Of a DNA stretch of 64,000 bases, positions 37,404-48,025 are shown piece after piece. This stretch comes from a virus. The position numbers were made by a program, and so were the translations under genes. A model generated the notes under the pieces. It ran no database searches. It saw only the letters and a program-made list of their open reading frames with translations, and was not told the DNA's origin. Positions within the stretch are counted from its first letter, which is position 1. Every line of letters starts with the position of its first letter. The DNA lies in the IMG/VR virus record IMGVR_UViG_3300025508_002497, positions 33,164-97,163 of that record, one strand, 5' to 3'.

Positions 37404-38567
37404 CTAGTATGTAGTAAAGAATATATCTACATTTGGATTGGATTTCAAAGGACTTCCGTACCAAATAATGCCGTTATCGTTTTTCTGTCCATAAGAAACA
37501 AACTGATATATGTCAGTTGCGTTCGTGAGAACTGGTCTTTCGTTGTATGGGAAAATCCAGTTGGGTGGGAAAGTATCACCATCCAAGGTTGCTCCATCAT
37601 CTCTTCGTGTGAAGTCACCACCCTTTACTATTAGAGTAAAGGCAGATGCTCTGTTTGTATTGTCGCCACCAAAGTAATCCTTGAACTCGGCGGTCAGTGG
37701 CGTGATATCATTGAACTTAACAAAAGGAGCCTTTGTACCCAAGTCCCCATCTGTGTTTCCTGTTTCATCTCGATAAAGTTGGTTAGCATCAATGACCCAA
37801 ACATTCCCCCAACCAGCAGACGAACCATATGGGTCGCTTTGTATTGTTGAACTACCAAGATGAAGGCCTGGATTTACATTAAACTCTATTGTTCTTGTTC
37901 CATTTACAATCGATCCACCACTAACCTCAGTAAGACCGAAACGATATCCAACCTCATTGTAACTACGAGAGATTGCCTTAATGTTTTGAGTTTCTGGATT
38001 ATACTCAAAACCTGTTGCACCTCGAACTAGTGGAGTTGCTTCTGCACTGTTTCCACCAGATCCACCCATGTAGGCAATCTGTCCAGTTGCTCCACTAACT
38101 GGAACAGGAATAGTTCCACTACCAGTATATCGAACGATGATTTCGTCGTCCGTCTGGGTTACTACAAACCCACCAGTTCCTGCAATAGTTTTTAGATATA
38201 TTTTATTATCTTCACAATCACCAGTAAAAGTAAGTGGTTCATGTGGGCCTGTTGTTTCAGAATAAACCTCAAAGACAACTTCACCTTGAGGCCCTAATCT
38301 TCTTGGATTTAGACAATCTATTGTAGTTGAGATTTCAAGATCAACGGTGATAATATCATCATTAGTGTATGTTGTTCTTGCCTGGTAAGTTCCAGTATCA
38401 TTGAAATCAGCAATCGTGATGTTGTCAATAGTATAACCACTCGCTCCAGTAACACCAATAGAGCCAGTGTTGCCTGTGGGCCCTGTTTCTCCATTTGGTC
38501 CTGTGCCACCAGTGGGTCCGGTGGGACCAATCTCACCTATATTATAACCGATTACACTATTTGACAT
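37404..38567 (-). CDS. Collagen-like (GPT repeat) virion fibre protein, short paralogue of the two downstream genes
   Basis: GPTGPTGGTGPNGETGPTGNTG; shares LKTIAG, GATGQIAY and PVLTNATDI..VS...W motifs with 26966-31522 and 31548-37382. Confidence 0.7.
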   Translation of the reverse strand: MSNSVIGYNIGEIGPTGPTGGTGPNGETGPTGNTGSIGVTGASGYTIDNITIADFNDTGTYQARTTYTNDDIITVDLEISTTIDCLNPRRLGPQGEVVFEVYSETTGPHEPLTFTGDCEDNKIYLKTIAGTGGFVVTQTDDEIIVRYTGSGTIPVPVSGATGQIAYMGGSGGNSAEATPLVRGATGFEYNPETQNIKAISRSYNEVGYRFGLTEVSGGSIVNGTRTIEFNVNPGLHLGSSTIQSDPYGSSAGWGNVWVIDANQLYRDETGNTDGDLGTKAPFVKFNDITPLTAEFKDYFGGDNTNRASAFTLIVKGGDFTRRDDGATLDGDTFPPNWIFPYNERPVLTNATDIYQFVSYGQKNDNGIIWYGSPLKSNPNVDIFFTTY

Positions 38568-38570
38568 TTA

Positions 38571-39866
38571 TCATCCTGCTGATACTTTGACTATTCCATC
38601 CACACCTGCATACAAAGATCCTGCTACGGCTGGATCTGAAGTAGGTAGGTCTGTAAGAGAAAGGGTCTTGAGACTGAGTTGATTTAGGAATGAAGTATAA
38701 CTCGAATCACCAAGACGAATGATCCAGTTTGTCGTAACATAAGGAGGCAAGTTTTCAATGGAAGTCAAACCACTCTCGGTTGTCTCTGAGATTCCAAAGT
38801 TTATATTTGTATCTTGATTTGATATGAGATTCATCTCTATCTTTTCTGAACCACCTTGCTTATTCAAGCCACTGTTAGTTAAGTCTCCCGTTGCTCCCAT
38901 TATAAACTTATTTCGGAGATCGGGTGTAAGAACAGAGTCAAGAGTTACTGTATCAACAGTTACCTCAACAAAAGTTCCTCTAGAAATACATCTAACTTTA
39001 TCGCCTGCCTGAAATCCAACAGGAGTTAAAGAAGTTTCTGTAAATGACGCTTGACCATTTTCACCACGAACACCATCGATATTTTGTGATGTTCGGAAGG
39101 ATGTGTATTCAACAAGAAGTCTATTGTTTCCACTTTCTATTACAGTTGCCACTATATTACCTAGTTCTACAGTATCACATTGAGGAGGCTCTGTTGATGT
39201 AAATGTAATACTATCACGGAATCCATATAGTTTGTTAATCGTTGAAGCAAAATCTGGATATGATGATGCACTGATTGGACTTCCATTACATAAAGCCCAT
39301 CCAGTCGGAACTTTGGTTGCATCTCCAGCAAAGGCATGGATAGATCCAACTGGGTTAACTCCGCTCATATAAACAGCAGTATCTCCCCCTAGATAGTTAC
39401 CCACATAGTTTTTAACAATACCTTTATCTTGTGTTACACCATTAATGCTCACAGATGGGAGACGAACCACAACTGTCTTCAGAACGGATCCTGCGTCGTT
39501 TGGTGGGGTGCTGTCCATCACACCTGCGGTTACGGAACTAAGGAAGAAAACTTCTGCCGCAGTAGAACCAGCAATCGCACCTGTTTCCGCAAAGGTGTTC
39601 ATTATAATATCACCAGCCATAACGTAGCCAAAGATATTAGTAGAGACAGATCCCTCAGCAACAACACCACATACCTCTGCGTTTGCTGGACTATCTGCTT
39701 GTGCTAGTGTGTAACCATTTGAATCAACATCAAATCTGATTACATTACCTGATGTAAAACCGTGACTAGCCTGAACCACATCAACTTTAAGTTGTGATCC
39801 AACCTGAGTTACCTCTCCAGCAATAGGAGTTCCTGAAATATTTGAACTAGATGAATTACAAGTCAT
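38571..39866 (-). CDS. Tail-collar domain protein (short tail fibre/baseplate)
   Basis: PVGSIHAFAG...PTGWALCNG.....SYPD, PDLRNKFIMG, NLPPYVTTNWIIR. Confidence 0.8.
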   Translation of the reverse strand: MTCNSSSSNISGTPIAGEVTQVGSQLKVDVVQASHGFTSGNVIRFDVDSNGYTLAQADSPANAEVCGVVAEGSVSTNIFGYVMAGDIIMNTFAETGAIAGSTAAEVFFLSSVTAGVMDSTPPNDAGSVLKTVVVRLPSVSINGVTQDKGIVKNYVGNYLGGDTAVYMSGVNPVGSIHAFAGDATKVPTGWALCNGSPISASSYPDFASTINKLYGFRDSITFTSTEPPQCDTVELGNIVATVIESGNNRLLVEYTSFRTSQNIDGVRGENGQASFTETSLTPVGFQAGDKVRCISRGTFVEVTVDTVTLDSVLTPDLRNKFIMGATGDLTNSGLNKQGGSEKIEMNLISNQDTNINFGISETTESGLTSIENLPPYVTTNWIIRLGDSSYTSFLNQLSLKTLSLTDLPTSDPAVAGSLYAGVDGIVKVSAG

Positions 39867-42598
39867 TCATTGACTCCTGTATTGAACTCTGAATTTAGAA
39901 CATAGTGGAAAGCCACCACATCTCCGAACACCCACCCGAATAGCGAGTTGAAACCAAAACCTGTTGTTGAACTAGAAGTTCCAAAAACTGAGGCACGACT
40001 TTCCCATGAACGAGCCTGATTGTTATAACCTCTAGTTCCTGAAGTTTTATCTAACTCTCTACCAGCACTAAGATTAAATGCCATATTTGAAGTTCCCTTT
40101 GGTGAATATATCTTCACACTAGTTGGAACCTTTCTTAGTTCGACGGGAATCCGAACTAGTGACCTAGATGAACCACTAATCATGCTAATACTTGGTGTTG
40201 ATTCATCCGGTGAAGATGTTGATAGCATAGTTGACTTTCCGACATAATCAGTAACCTTGTATGAAGTCTGATAGAATCTCTTACACCTTCTCAACTCTTG
40301 ATCTATATCAACTATCGAAGGATCGGTGACTATAAAACCAGACTCCATTTGAACCTTGGCAAGAGAAACCTCTCCTGCATAGAGAACATCAGCAGCACCT
40401 GTATTACCAGACATACCTCGGAACCTATATGGGAAAATGGATAGTTGTGCCCAACTCTCATCTCTGTTTATTAGACCTGATGCTGTTGGTCCGATGACAG
40501 GGGCAAATTTCATTGAGTATCTTGTCCATTTATATTCACCATCCAAGTAAACTAGAGGTAGAATCTGGTTACTTGAGGTTCCTCCTGTAGTTCCTTCCCA
40601 ATACTGAGTGTATTCAACTGCAAGGAATCCTGTGACTCCAGTTGCACCTTTAGCATAAAAGGAGACAACAGCAGGTTGTCCTGCTAGGGTATTCGCATCT
40701 TCAATCACGTTATTCCAAGAGATAAAATCACCACCGTCAACTGCGGTTTCGCCTGCACCTGGCGCAAAGTTTGCCCTCACTCTGGCATAATATTCTGGAT
40801 TACCTCCAACATCAGTTTGACCCTCGGAGAATACACCACGCTCAATCTCTGCTATGTCCTTACCAACAGGAGAAGTTAGTCGTTTGTTTCTATACCATCT
40901 GTCAGCGAAGTAAGTGTCTGCGGTTCCTGTATGTGTAGAATCTACACCAACACCTCTTTGCCAAATATCAAAACCACCATTGACTAGTAGATTTTTGATT
41001 CCTTGACCTACAGTATTAGAACCAGCAAGTCCCCCACCTCCTACTTGAGCCCCGTTTATACCACCTTTAACTTCTTCCGCAGTAAAGGCATCTGGATCTT
41101 GTAAAACATTGTCTAATGCTCCCTGACTTGGATTACTATAACCCTGACCTGGCCTTGTGTTGAAGAAGTAGATCTGATTAGATGCTCCAAGACGCATAGC
41201 AAGTGGAGTCGATGGAAAAACTTCAGGTCTTTGTGACAACTGACCAGTCTCATATCCACCATAATACAATGGATCACCATCAGAATCAAACACTCTAATA
41301 TTTGTTGCCAAGTCAAATGTGTCTGTTGGTTCTGTGACACCATGTAGTAACATTTCGGAATCATTAACTACAAGACCCAGTGTTCTTGATATATGTTGTA
41401 ATGCGTTATTTGCCGTAGTTAACTTGATGTAAGTTCCGCTATCGTTTATTCCTACAAGATCACCAACAGCAAATCCACTAGGTTTAGGTATTCTAATAGA
41501 TCGACCGTTACCAGTAGCACCACCGCCACCACCTCCGCCGGCGAATGAATTTACTTCCTGACCTCTGTAGTTTACAAACAAACCTCTGTCTGCTGATAGA
41601 CCAATGAGGACAGGTTTTGAAACGTGTCCAGGCGTGTTTGGTTCTACCGTTGTAATAAATCCTTTACTCAAAGGAGAAAGGAAGTATGGACACCCAACAG
41701 AGAGGACTCCACCAGAAACTGTTGTGAAGTCTCCTTCGACCTCACCATTAAACGTAACTTCAAAGTCAGAGTCTCCGTTGTCCCTAGAAATCATACCAAC
41801 TGCTTCTGCTAAAGTAGATCCCCCACCACCGAACGCCAAGGTAAATCCATTTGCATCGGCACTAGATGCCCTGACTACATTACCAAACTGGAAGTCGTGC
41901 GATACACCTGACACTCTTCTCTTGTTCACACCTCTAAGGATATCAACTCGACCATCGTAGGATCTGATTCTAGCGATCTCACCAGAAAGAGTTGATCCTA
42001 CAGGGATTGTATCTAGAGTGTGACCATTGCCGATTATCAGATCTGTTACGTTCTGTTTAAACGCAAGAGTCTTTCCGTTTGCCTCTCCGAAAAGAATCTG
42101 CTGCATTGAGGCATTAGCGAGTGTTCCTCCACCAATCATCTTTAAGTCTTGGTTAGTAAACCAAGCACCACCAAGGTTCAGTAAGAATGGAGCAGTTGTT
42201 CCTGTGTTGAAGTCGGGCCCAGTATATGATCCTACAACAATACCACCAGTGGCATAACCTGCGACTGGACTATCATCACCATTTACATTTACAAGTCCGT
42301 TTGGAAAGGAGACTTCACCAGCCGTAGAAAAACTAACATTACCAGTGACAACAAGATCACCACCGATGGTAATACCTTTACCAATCGTATCGGAGATTTC
42401 CATTTCATATGTACCACCACTTCCTCCGCCGGCGAAACCACCAGTTACAGAAAGACCAGTGCCGCCATTAATATCATAAACTCTCATTAGGTTCAACTTA
42501 GCAATAATCTGATCGTTCGTAAGAGTACGCCAATCATTGATTGTATCACCAAGTGACACTTCTGAAATTTGTGAATCATTTTTTGTTATATCGGACAT
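39863..42598 (-). CDS. Baseplate-attached fibre / wedge connector protein
   Basis: N-terminal GDTINDWR..TN (gp9/10-like); C-terminal KNLLVNGGFDIWQRG..YFADRW..ELRRCKRFYQ fibre domain; shares an SH.F..GNV.R domain with 38571-39866. Confidence 0.65.
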   Translation of the reverse strand: MSDITKNDSQISEVSLGDTINDWRTLTNDQIIAKLNLMRVYDINGGTGLSVTGGFAGGGSGGTYEMEISDTIGKGITIGGDLVVTGNVSFSTAGEVSFPNGLVNVNGDDSPVAGYATGGIVVGSYTGPDFNTGTTAPFLLNLGGAWFTNQDLKMIGGGTLANASMQQILFGEANGKTLAFKQNVTDLIIGNGHTLDTIPVGSTLSGEIARIRSYDGRVDILRGVNKRRVSGVSHDFQFGNVVRASSADANGFTLAFGGGGSTLAEAVGMISRDNGDSDFEVTFNGEVEGDFTTVSGGVLSVGCPYFLSPLSKGFITTVEPNTPGHVSKPVLIGLSADRGLFVNYRGQEVNSFAGGGGGGGATGNGRSIRIPKPSGFAVGDLVGINDSGTYIKLTTANNALQHISRTLGLVVNDSEMLLHGVTEPTDTFDLATNIRVFDSDGDPLYYGGYETGQLSQRPEVFPSTPLAMRLGASNQIYFFNTRPGQGYSNPSQGALDNVLQDPDAFTAEEVKGGINGAQVGGGGLAGSNTVGQGIKNLLVNGGFDIWQRGVGVDSTHTGTADTYFADRWYRNKRLTSPVGKDIAEIERGVFSEGQTDVGGNPEYYARVRANFAPGAGETAVDGGDFISWNNVIEDANTLAGQPAVVSFYAKGATGVTGFLAVEYTQYWEGTTGGTSSNQILPLVYLDGEYKWTRYSMKFAPVIGPTASGLINRDESWAQLSIFPYRFRGMSGNTGAADVLYAGEVSLAKVQMESGFIVTDPSIVDIDQELRRCKRFYQTSYKVTDYVGKSTMLSTSSPDESTPSISMISGSSRSLVRIPVELRKVPTSVKIYSPKGTSNMAFNLSAGRELDKTSGTRGYNNQARSWESRASVFGTSSSTTGFGFNSLFGWVFGDVVAFHYVLNSEFNTGVNE

Positions 42599-42613
42599 TT
42601 AGTATTTCCTAGA

Positions 42614-43417
42614 CTATGCTTCTGTTTGTACTACTACTGTTTCATCACCAAAGGCGAAGTTATAACCTTCTGTTTCTTTTTTGATAATAGGAACAAAGAG
42701 ACCAGTATATAACCCCCCGCCACTGTTATCTGGTCTTATTTCAGGGTTTTTTCCTATACTCGCTGGTTGACGGACCAATGCTTGTGGATTATCGGGATTT
42801 CTACTCTGATTTACTATTTCATAAACTAGTCGCCCTGCTCCAATAGCATTCGAGTTTTGAACTCCTACGGCTGGATCTGTGAATAAATATTTATTTCCAA
42901 ACTGATCAAACTCTGTTCCGTCTCCAGTAACTATTCTTATTAATACATTAAATCCAAGATAATCCCCAACTGCCATAGTGTCTGGAATAGTTTCTTCCAT
43001 AGCAGTCTTCATAAGTTGAGACGCAACGTTTAAATATGGTGGGAATGTTATCCAAAATCCAGTAGGAATCCAAGACCGATCTGCGGCAGTAGTAGTAAAG
43101 TTAGTAAAGAACTCAGCATTTCTGTAAACTCTAAGATTTCTGCCATTCTCTGCAAGCACCACGGGAGATTTTGTTGGATCCCCAATATCTTCTCTTTCTA
43201 AATCGATACGAGGTTGTCCGTGATGAAACAAACATCTATTTGTTGTAGACGTTTGGTATGATTGAATAGTTTGTAGTTCTAAAAGTTCTCTGGATTGTAG
43301 AGCATAGCCTGGAATAAATCCAATAGAAATATGATTGGATTTAGGATTCCAGTCATCACCATAACCAGAACCGGCTCCAAACATAGAAAAGTTCCAAGAT
43401 GTATTTGTAAAGGCCAT
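42614..43417 (-). CDS. Virion structural protein with DUF4815-like N-terminus (short)
   Basis: DDWNPKSNH..I.FIPGYALQSRELLELQT and DPAVG..N..AIGAGRL; follows gp8. Confidence 0.6.
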   Translation of the reverse strand: MAFTNTSWNFSMFGAGSGYGDDWNPKSNHISIGFIPGYALQSRELLELQTIQSYQTSTTNRCLFHHGQPRIDLEREDIGDPTKSPVVLAENGRNLRVYRNAEFFTNFTTTAADRSWIPTGFWITFPPYLNVASQLMKTAMEETIPDTMAVGDYLGFNVLIRIVTGDGTEFDQFGNKYLFTDPAVGVQNSNAIGAGRLVYEIVNQSRNPDNPQALVRQPASIGKNPEIRPDNSGGGLYTGLFVPIIKKETEGYNFAFGDETVVVQTEA

Positions 43418-43428
43418 TTATACTCCTA

Positions 43429-44982
43429 TCATAGTGGGATGAAGAATTTCACAATATATTTTGTCTCTTTTAGAATGGTGAAAATGTTCTGTATTATGTA
43501 TAATATATTCCCTGAGCCTACTTGAACTTCCGAGGGGAATACCTGCTCAACCTCAAAATCATCGCTCCCAGATCGCACTGTTTCTCCTGCAACTGGTAAT
43601 GTTTTCTGTCCTGTAATAAAGAGATCTGCTCTATTACTTGTTCCAGGCCCTGTGTAGTTAAATGGTCTTAGGTCAACGGTGGTTGCGTCTGTATCTGAAG
43701 TCAGAAAAGAAACTTTTCCATTAGTAGGTAATCGAGAATCCGCGATTGCTTTGGCAGTTGTGAATTCAAATCCAGTGCCGCTGTTGTCTTTGATTTGAAC
43801 TTTTGCTGCCTGTCGAATGTTTAGTTTTGTATCCGTTCCTTTGCCTAGTTCATCACCAACAACTTTCCCTGCGTTGTCTCCTGTTGCGTAGACTGGATTG
43901 GCAATCAAACCAAATGACCCCATCACAGTTCCATCAGGAAATGATCCGATTGTGTCGTCAGACTGGCTCATAGTACCAACAAACATTAGAGTTCTTGCTT
44001 GTAATGCAATGGTCGCATCACTGCCAATATCTAGGTCTGCTCCACCAAAAGATGCCTGTGGTGTGATTAGAGATTCTAGATCAGATTTACTCGTGATATC
44101 TGAGTTACTGTTTGGAGAAATGTCTAGTTTCACAGCACCACCAATATAGCCATTTCCGCCTGCTGGAATACTATACCCAGTTAACTTATAGCCCTTTACT
44201 GGATCAAATGCAGTTCCAATGTTTATCTTAGCACCAGTACCCTGTCCAATCACAGTTGCGGTTGGTTCTGAATCGAAGTAAACGTTACTGTTGCCGATAT
44301 TAATATCGACATCATTGATCTGTCCTTTAGTTTGGTCACTAGCAAGTTGAACTTGGTATTGTCTGTATTTGGCACTGTTGATTCCCGTAGTTGGTTCGGT
44401 CGTTGGAGTAGGAACCGGAAGCCAAGTAGTTGTCAGGAATTTAAATAGTTGATCTACGATCGAGTATAGGTATTTCCAAGTATACCCATCTGCTGTTACG
44501 AATGATTCAGTCCCTCGTCCTTTTGGTTCTACTGTTGATCCTACTTTATCTCTATCTAAACCAGTCGAACTGTTCTTGATACAAACATATACGTCGAACT
44601 CAGAGTTCAATACATAAGGTTTATTTAGATAAGTAATTACACCATCGAAGTCTACTGTGTACTCATAGTCGTTTTTGTATGGGTTAAACGGATCATATAC
44701 TGTTCCACTTGTCCAGTCAATGCGAGGAACACACATAGCCACATCGTTAGGAGTAACTCTTTCTAGAATAGTAATGTTTTCATATGTGATCTCATCTTGA
44801 AATGAAGAATCAGCAGAGGCTCCAGATGATCCTGTGAAACCCGCATGTGCAGCAAAGAAAAACACTTGATTTTGCTGTAATAGATTATCTATAGCATTCT
44901 TCGCAATCAAGTTACGAAACTTTATAGAACTTGTATTTTCAATAGTTCTGTTGGATATGTTTGTATTATTAACTGATGCCAT
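43429..44982 (-). CDS. gp8: Baseplate wedge subunit
   Basis: VPRIDWTSGTVYD, YVLNSEFDVYVCIKN, STVEP, TADGYTWKYLYSI, GSGNILYI. Confidence 0.88.
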   Translation of the reverse strand: MASVNNTNISNRTIENTSSIKFRNLIAKNAIDNLLQQNQVFFFAAHAGFTGSSGASADSSFQDEITYENITILERVTPNDVAMCVPRIDWTSGTVYDPFNPYKNDYEYTVDFDGVITYLNKPYVLNSEFDVYVCIKNSSTGLDRDKVGSTVEPKGRGTESFVTADGYTWKYLYSIVDQLFKFLTTTWLPVPTPTTEPTTGINSAKYRQYQVQLASDQTKGQINDVDINIGNSNVYFDSEPTATVIGQGTGAKINIGTAFDPVKGYKLTGYSIPAGGNGYIGGAVKLDISPNSNSDITSKSDLESLITPQASFGGADLDIGSDATIALQARTLMFVGTMSQSDDTIGSFPDGTVMGSFGLIANPVYATGDNAGKVVGDELGKGTDTKLNIRQAAKVQIKDNSGTGFEFTTAKAIADSRLPTNGKVSFLTSDTDATTVDLRPFNYTGPGTSNRADLFITGQKTLPVAGETVRSGSDDFEVEQVFPSEVQVGSGNILYIIQNIFTILKETKYIVKFFIPL

Positions 44983-44993
44983 TTATATTCCTC

Positions 44994-46307
44994 TTATGCT
45001 AACGTACAAGTGCTAACGTCCTCGACTGGATCATTGGGTGAAACATTATATCCCTTAGCAGCATCTGGTGTGAGATCAACTAAATTACCTAACCTCATAT
45101 CACCAAACTGAGAACCTAACGGAATATCCTCAACCCAAGAAGCAGGGTGATTATATACTACCCAAAACGTATATCCTCTATCTTCTGCTGTATTGTATGT
45201 ATCTGCTGTGTAAGTGTAACCCGCCGCTTCAGCGGCCGCACCATAAGTATAACCAATCGGAAACCCATTTGGATTGTGTGCAGGGGTAAAGCAGTTTACT
45301 GAGCCGTTTAATGGATTGGTTGTATATGGATTGAAACCACAAGGGAACAAATCAACTAAATTACACAAAGCAGGGAAAGGCTCTCTTCCGTTTAGAGTAG
45401 TATCAAATCTATACGCTAAGTAATGTCCAATCAAAGGTGATTCTGAATAACCAGTATCAATCGGTCCTGGCGGAGCAGGACGATAAGAATCAGGTCCAAC
45501 ATTGTTGAAAAGTTTAAACCCTGCGGGGTGAGTTATATCTTTTATTGGTTTTGTTGTAAACTCATAGTCTTCATCTATATTACCATCTGCAATGTTTTCT
45601 AAAGGCGTTATGGCTGTGACTGAATATGAGAACTGTTGAAAGTATTCATCTTGAAGTCTAACACCACCACTTAGTGTTGTTCGACTATCTGCCCAGTATC
45701 CATTGTATAGATTGCCTAATGTATCAGTATCCCCGTCAAGGTTTGGAACCCAGATAGAGTCAGATAATATACAGAGTTGAACTTTAGGATAATCGAAATC
45801 AATAGATCCTGCATTAATACCAAACAAAGATGAGAGCAGAAATCTAGTTGACTCTTCGGTTCCTTTGGTTAAGTAGAACTGACGAATGAAAGATAAAAAA
45901 CGTCTAATATCCACTAGTGAGTTATCAGGATCACGCCAGTTATAAATGATTTGTCCGTTGTCTTCTTCTTCTGATGTATTTCTAACTGAGGTTTCTGGAA
46001 AGAGACTAGCGAATAGTTCTTTATGATGAATCAAAAGATTACTCGGTATATTTTTAAGATCCATCAGATAAGGAATCTGATTGATGTTGTTGCTAATACC
46101 TAGCCATTCAAAGTAGGATTCAATGAACTTAACATACAGTTCATGGTTTTCTAGAATATGAACAGGAAGTCTATCACGAACATAGAAAGGAAACCTTGGA
46201 GTAATAACATCAGGGGCAGAAGAAGTTCTTTCTGTCTGACGGTCAAATGCCACCTGTGCTTTGTTTTCTTCAAAAACACTAGCCTGTTGGTTTGTAGTTG
46301 TAATCAT
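44994..46307 (-). CDS. Baseplate wedge subunit (gp7-like)
   Basis: FIESYFEWL, IRQFYLTKGTEES.RFL...LFG, LQDEYFQQFSY, THPAGFKLF; between gp6 and gp8. Confidence 0.75.
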   Translation of the reverse strand: MITTTNQQASVFEENKAQVAFDRQTERTSSAPDVITPRFPFYVRDRLPVHILENHELYVKFIESYFEWLGISNNINQIPYLMDLKNIPSNLLIHHKELFASLFPETSVRNTSEEEDNGQIIYNWRDPDNSLVDIRRFLSFIRQFYLTKGTEESTRFLLSSLFGINAGSIDFDYPKVQLCILSDSIWVPNLDGDTDTLGNLYNGYWADSRTTLSGGVRLQDEYFQQFSYSVTAITPLENIADGNIDEDYEFTTKPIKDITHPAGFKLFNNVGPDSYRPAPPGPIDTGYSESPLIGHYLAYRFDTTLNGREPFPALCNLVDLFPCGFNPYTTNPLNGSVNCFTPAHNPNGFPIGYTYGAAAEAAGYTYTADTYNTAEDRGYTFWVVYNHPASWVEDIPLGSQFGDMRLGNLVDLTPDAAKGYNVSPNDPVEDVSTCTLA

Positions 46308-48025
46308 ACATTGACATCCAGATTATCTACTTTACCTATTCTAAAGGTTGCTTGTTTGCTTGATTTAACTGAATTACTTTTAGGATTTGCTCTGATTATA
46401 AGATCAGAATCTCTAATCCCAGCATCCCAATCTGTTAGACCGAATATACTAATGTCACCCTTTAGATAATTTACAGTTCCGATTCTATAGTTGATATATT
46501 TTCTTACATTATTTTCTAGTATGTAAAATCTTAAAAATCCGTTTCCGTCATCATCAATATATCCTATATTTTCATCAGCATCACCAAATCTAACGGAGTC
46601 GTTGATTAACTGAAACTTACCTTCGATGCTATTTTTTACAATATTATTAACGAAGGAGATATATAGATTTCTATTTAAAGCATCATCGTTAGGATAATCT
46701 TCAGCCTTAAAGGTTGATGACATTTGTACATTAAACTCTACAGATCTTATTGCTTTATTTTCTTCTACAAGTTGTGAAACAACAGTTGAATATGGAAAGA
46801 CTTCTCTAAATCCACATGCAGGATCAAAGTCAGAAATCTTCGTTTGAACTATAGTGTTCAAACCAGATCCATCTATATTTACTACTCTATCGTATATAAT
46901 CTCTCCACTAAGAATATCTAAGTCATAACAAGTTGGTTGCACAAACTCAGGAAGAATGCCAACAACAGTTTTCTCTTGTAGTTTAGCAGCAAACACTGAA
47001 AGTTCACTTTGTGTAAATGTGAGACCAGCAGCATCTTTTACACATGCAAGATACAAACGACCATATTGAGGAGGATTATTATCCTCACCACCCCATGCAG
47101 TGGCATCAAAGACTTCGGGGTTTTCTACCTTGAACACAATCTCGGCATCCTCTGCTGTAACTGCTCTGTTCTGTGCTTGGAAGTATGATGGAGCATTTCT
47201 TCTAATGCTTTCACTGTCTTCTCTTTCTGCACCTCCGTATGAAGGACTTACTACTTCATTGACTGTAATGCTAGGTTGTCCATCTCCATTCAGTGGTGTG
47301 AAACTTCTTTCACCATTTGCATTATCAACTCCGTTGGGAGTTAAGTATGACACCACGACGTTAGAGTCTTCTGGAACTTTCACTCCATAGGTGCCATCAC
47401 CAAAGGAAACTTCATATGCTCCAGAGTAAATAGGATCAACAAAGAAAACTTCAGAAGAGGCAGATAGAACTGAGATTCTATCTGCCTTCGTAAATTCTCT
47501 ACCACCAACTGTTACTTTTAGGGAAGATATATCGGCAGTCTCAGGTACTGTGACACTCCCATTAAAGTAAGTTGTAGATACTGATCTGTTTTCAGAGAGA
47601 TTTTGATATACAATTATATTACCCGTGGATGATCCGAAACGTTGATCTTCTATCGTTATGAAATCATATCCAGTATCTCCACCAGAAAATACTCGGCCTG
47701 CTTCGATTCCACTACCACTACTCATTGTTACATTTAGTTCGGCTCTAGAAGCGATTCTGGATCTTGGTGTGTAACCAACAAGTCTTGCTAATGATACCAG
47801 AGAGTCTCTCTTTTGTGCTGAATCTATAAAACTTTCATTGGCTAGAAAGTTTGTATAGGTAGAAAAGAAAGTTGTATTATATGCCAACAGATCTATTAAA
47901 GTAGATAGAGCAGATCCATTGAAATCATAATCACTAAACTCATCTTTAGTTTTAATAAAATCAGTAAGAGAGGTTCTCACTTGATTAAAATCTGTTTTAC
48001 TAAGATTGATATATGAATCGGGCAT
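46304..48025 (-). CDS. gp6: Baseplate wedge subunit
   Basis: DFNQVR..L, FSDYDFNGSALSTLIDLLAYNT, ANESFIDSA, GYTPRSR, FGDG..G, AQNRAVTAED. Confidence 0.95.
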   Translation of the reverse strand: MPDSYINLSKTDFNQVRTSLTDFIKTKDEFSDYDFNGSALSTLIDLLAYNTTFFSTYTNFLANESFIDSAQKRDSLVSLARLVGYTPRSRIASRAELNVTMSSGSGIEAGRVFSGGDTGYDFITIEDQRFGSSTGNIIVYQNLSENRSVSTTYFNGSVTVPETADISSLKVTVGGREFTKADRISVLSASSEVFFVDPIYSGAYEVSFGDGTYGVKVPEDSNVVVSYLTPNGVDNANGERSFTPLNGDGQPSITVNEVVSPSYGGAEREDSESIRRNAPSYFQAQNRAVTAEDAEIVFKVENPEVFDATAWGGEDNNPPQYGRLYLACVKDAAGLTFTQSELSVFAAKLQEKTVVGILPEFVQPTCYDLDILSGEIIYDRVVNIDGSGLNTIVQTKISDFDPACGFREVFPYSTVVSQLVEENKAIRSVEFNVQMSSTFKAEDYPNDDALNRNLYISFVNNIVKNSIEGKFQLINDSVRFGDADENIGYIDDDGNGFLRFYILENNVRKYINYRIGTVNYLKGDISIFGLTDWDAGIRDSDLIIRANPKSNSVKSSKQATFRIGKVDNLDVNV

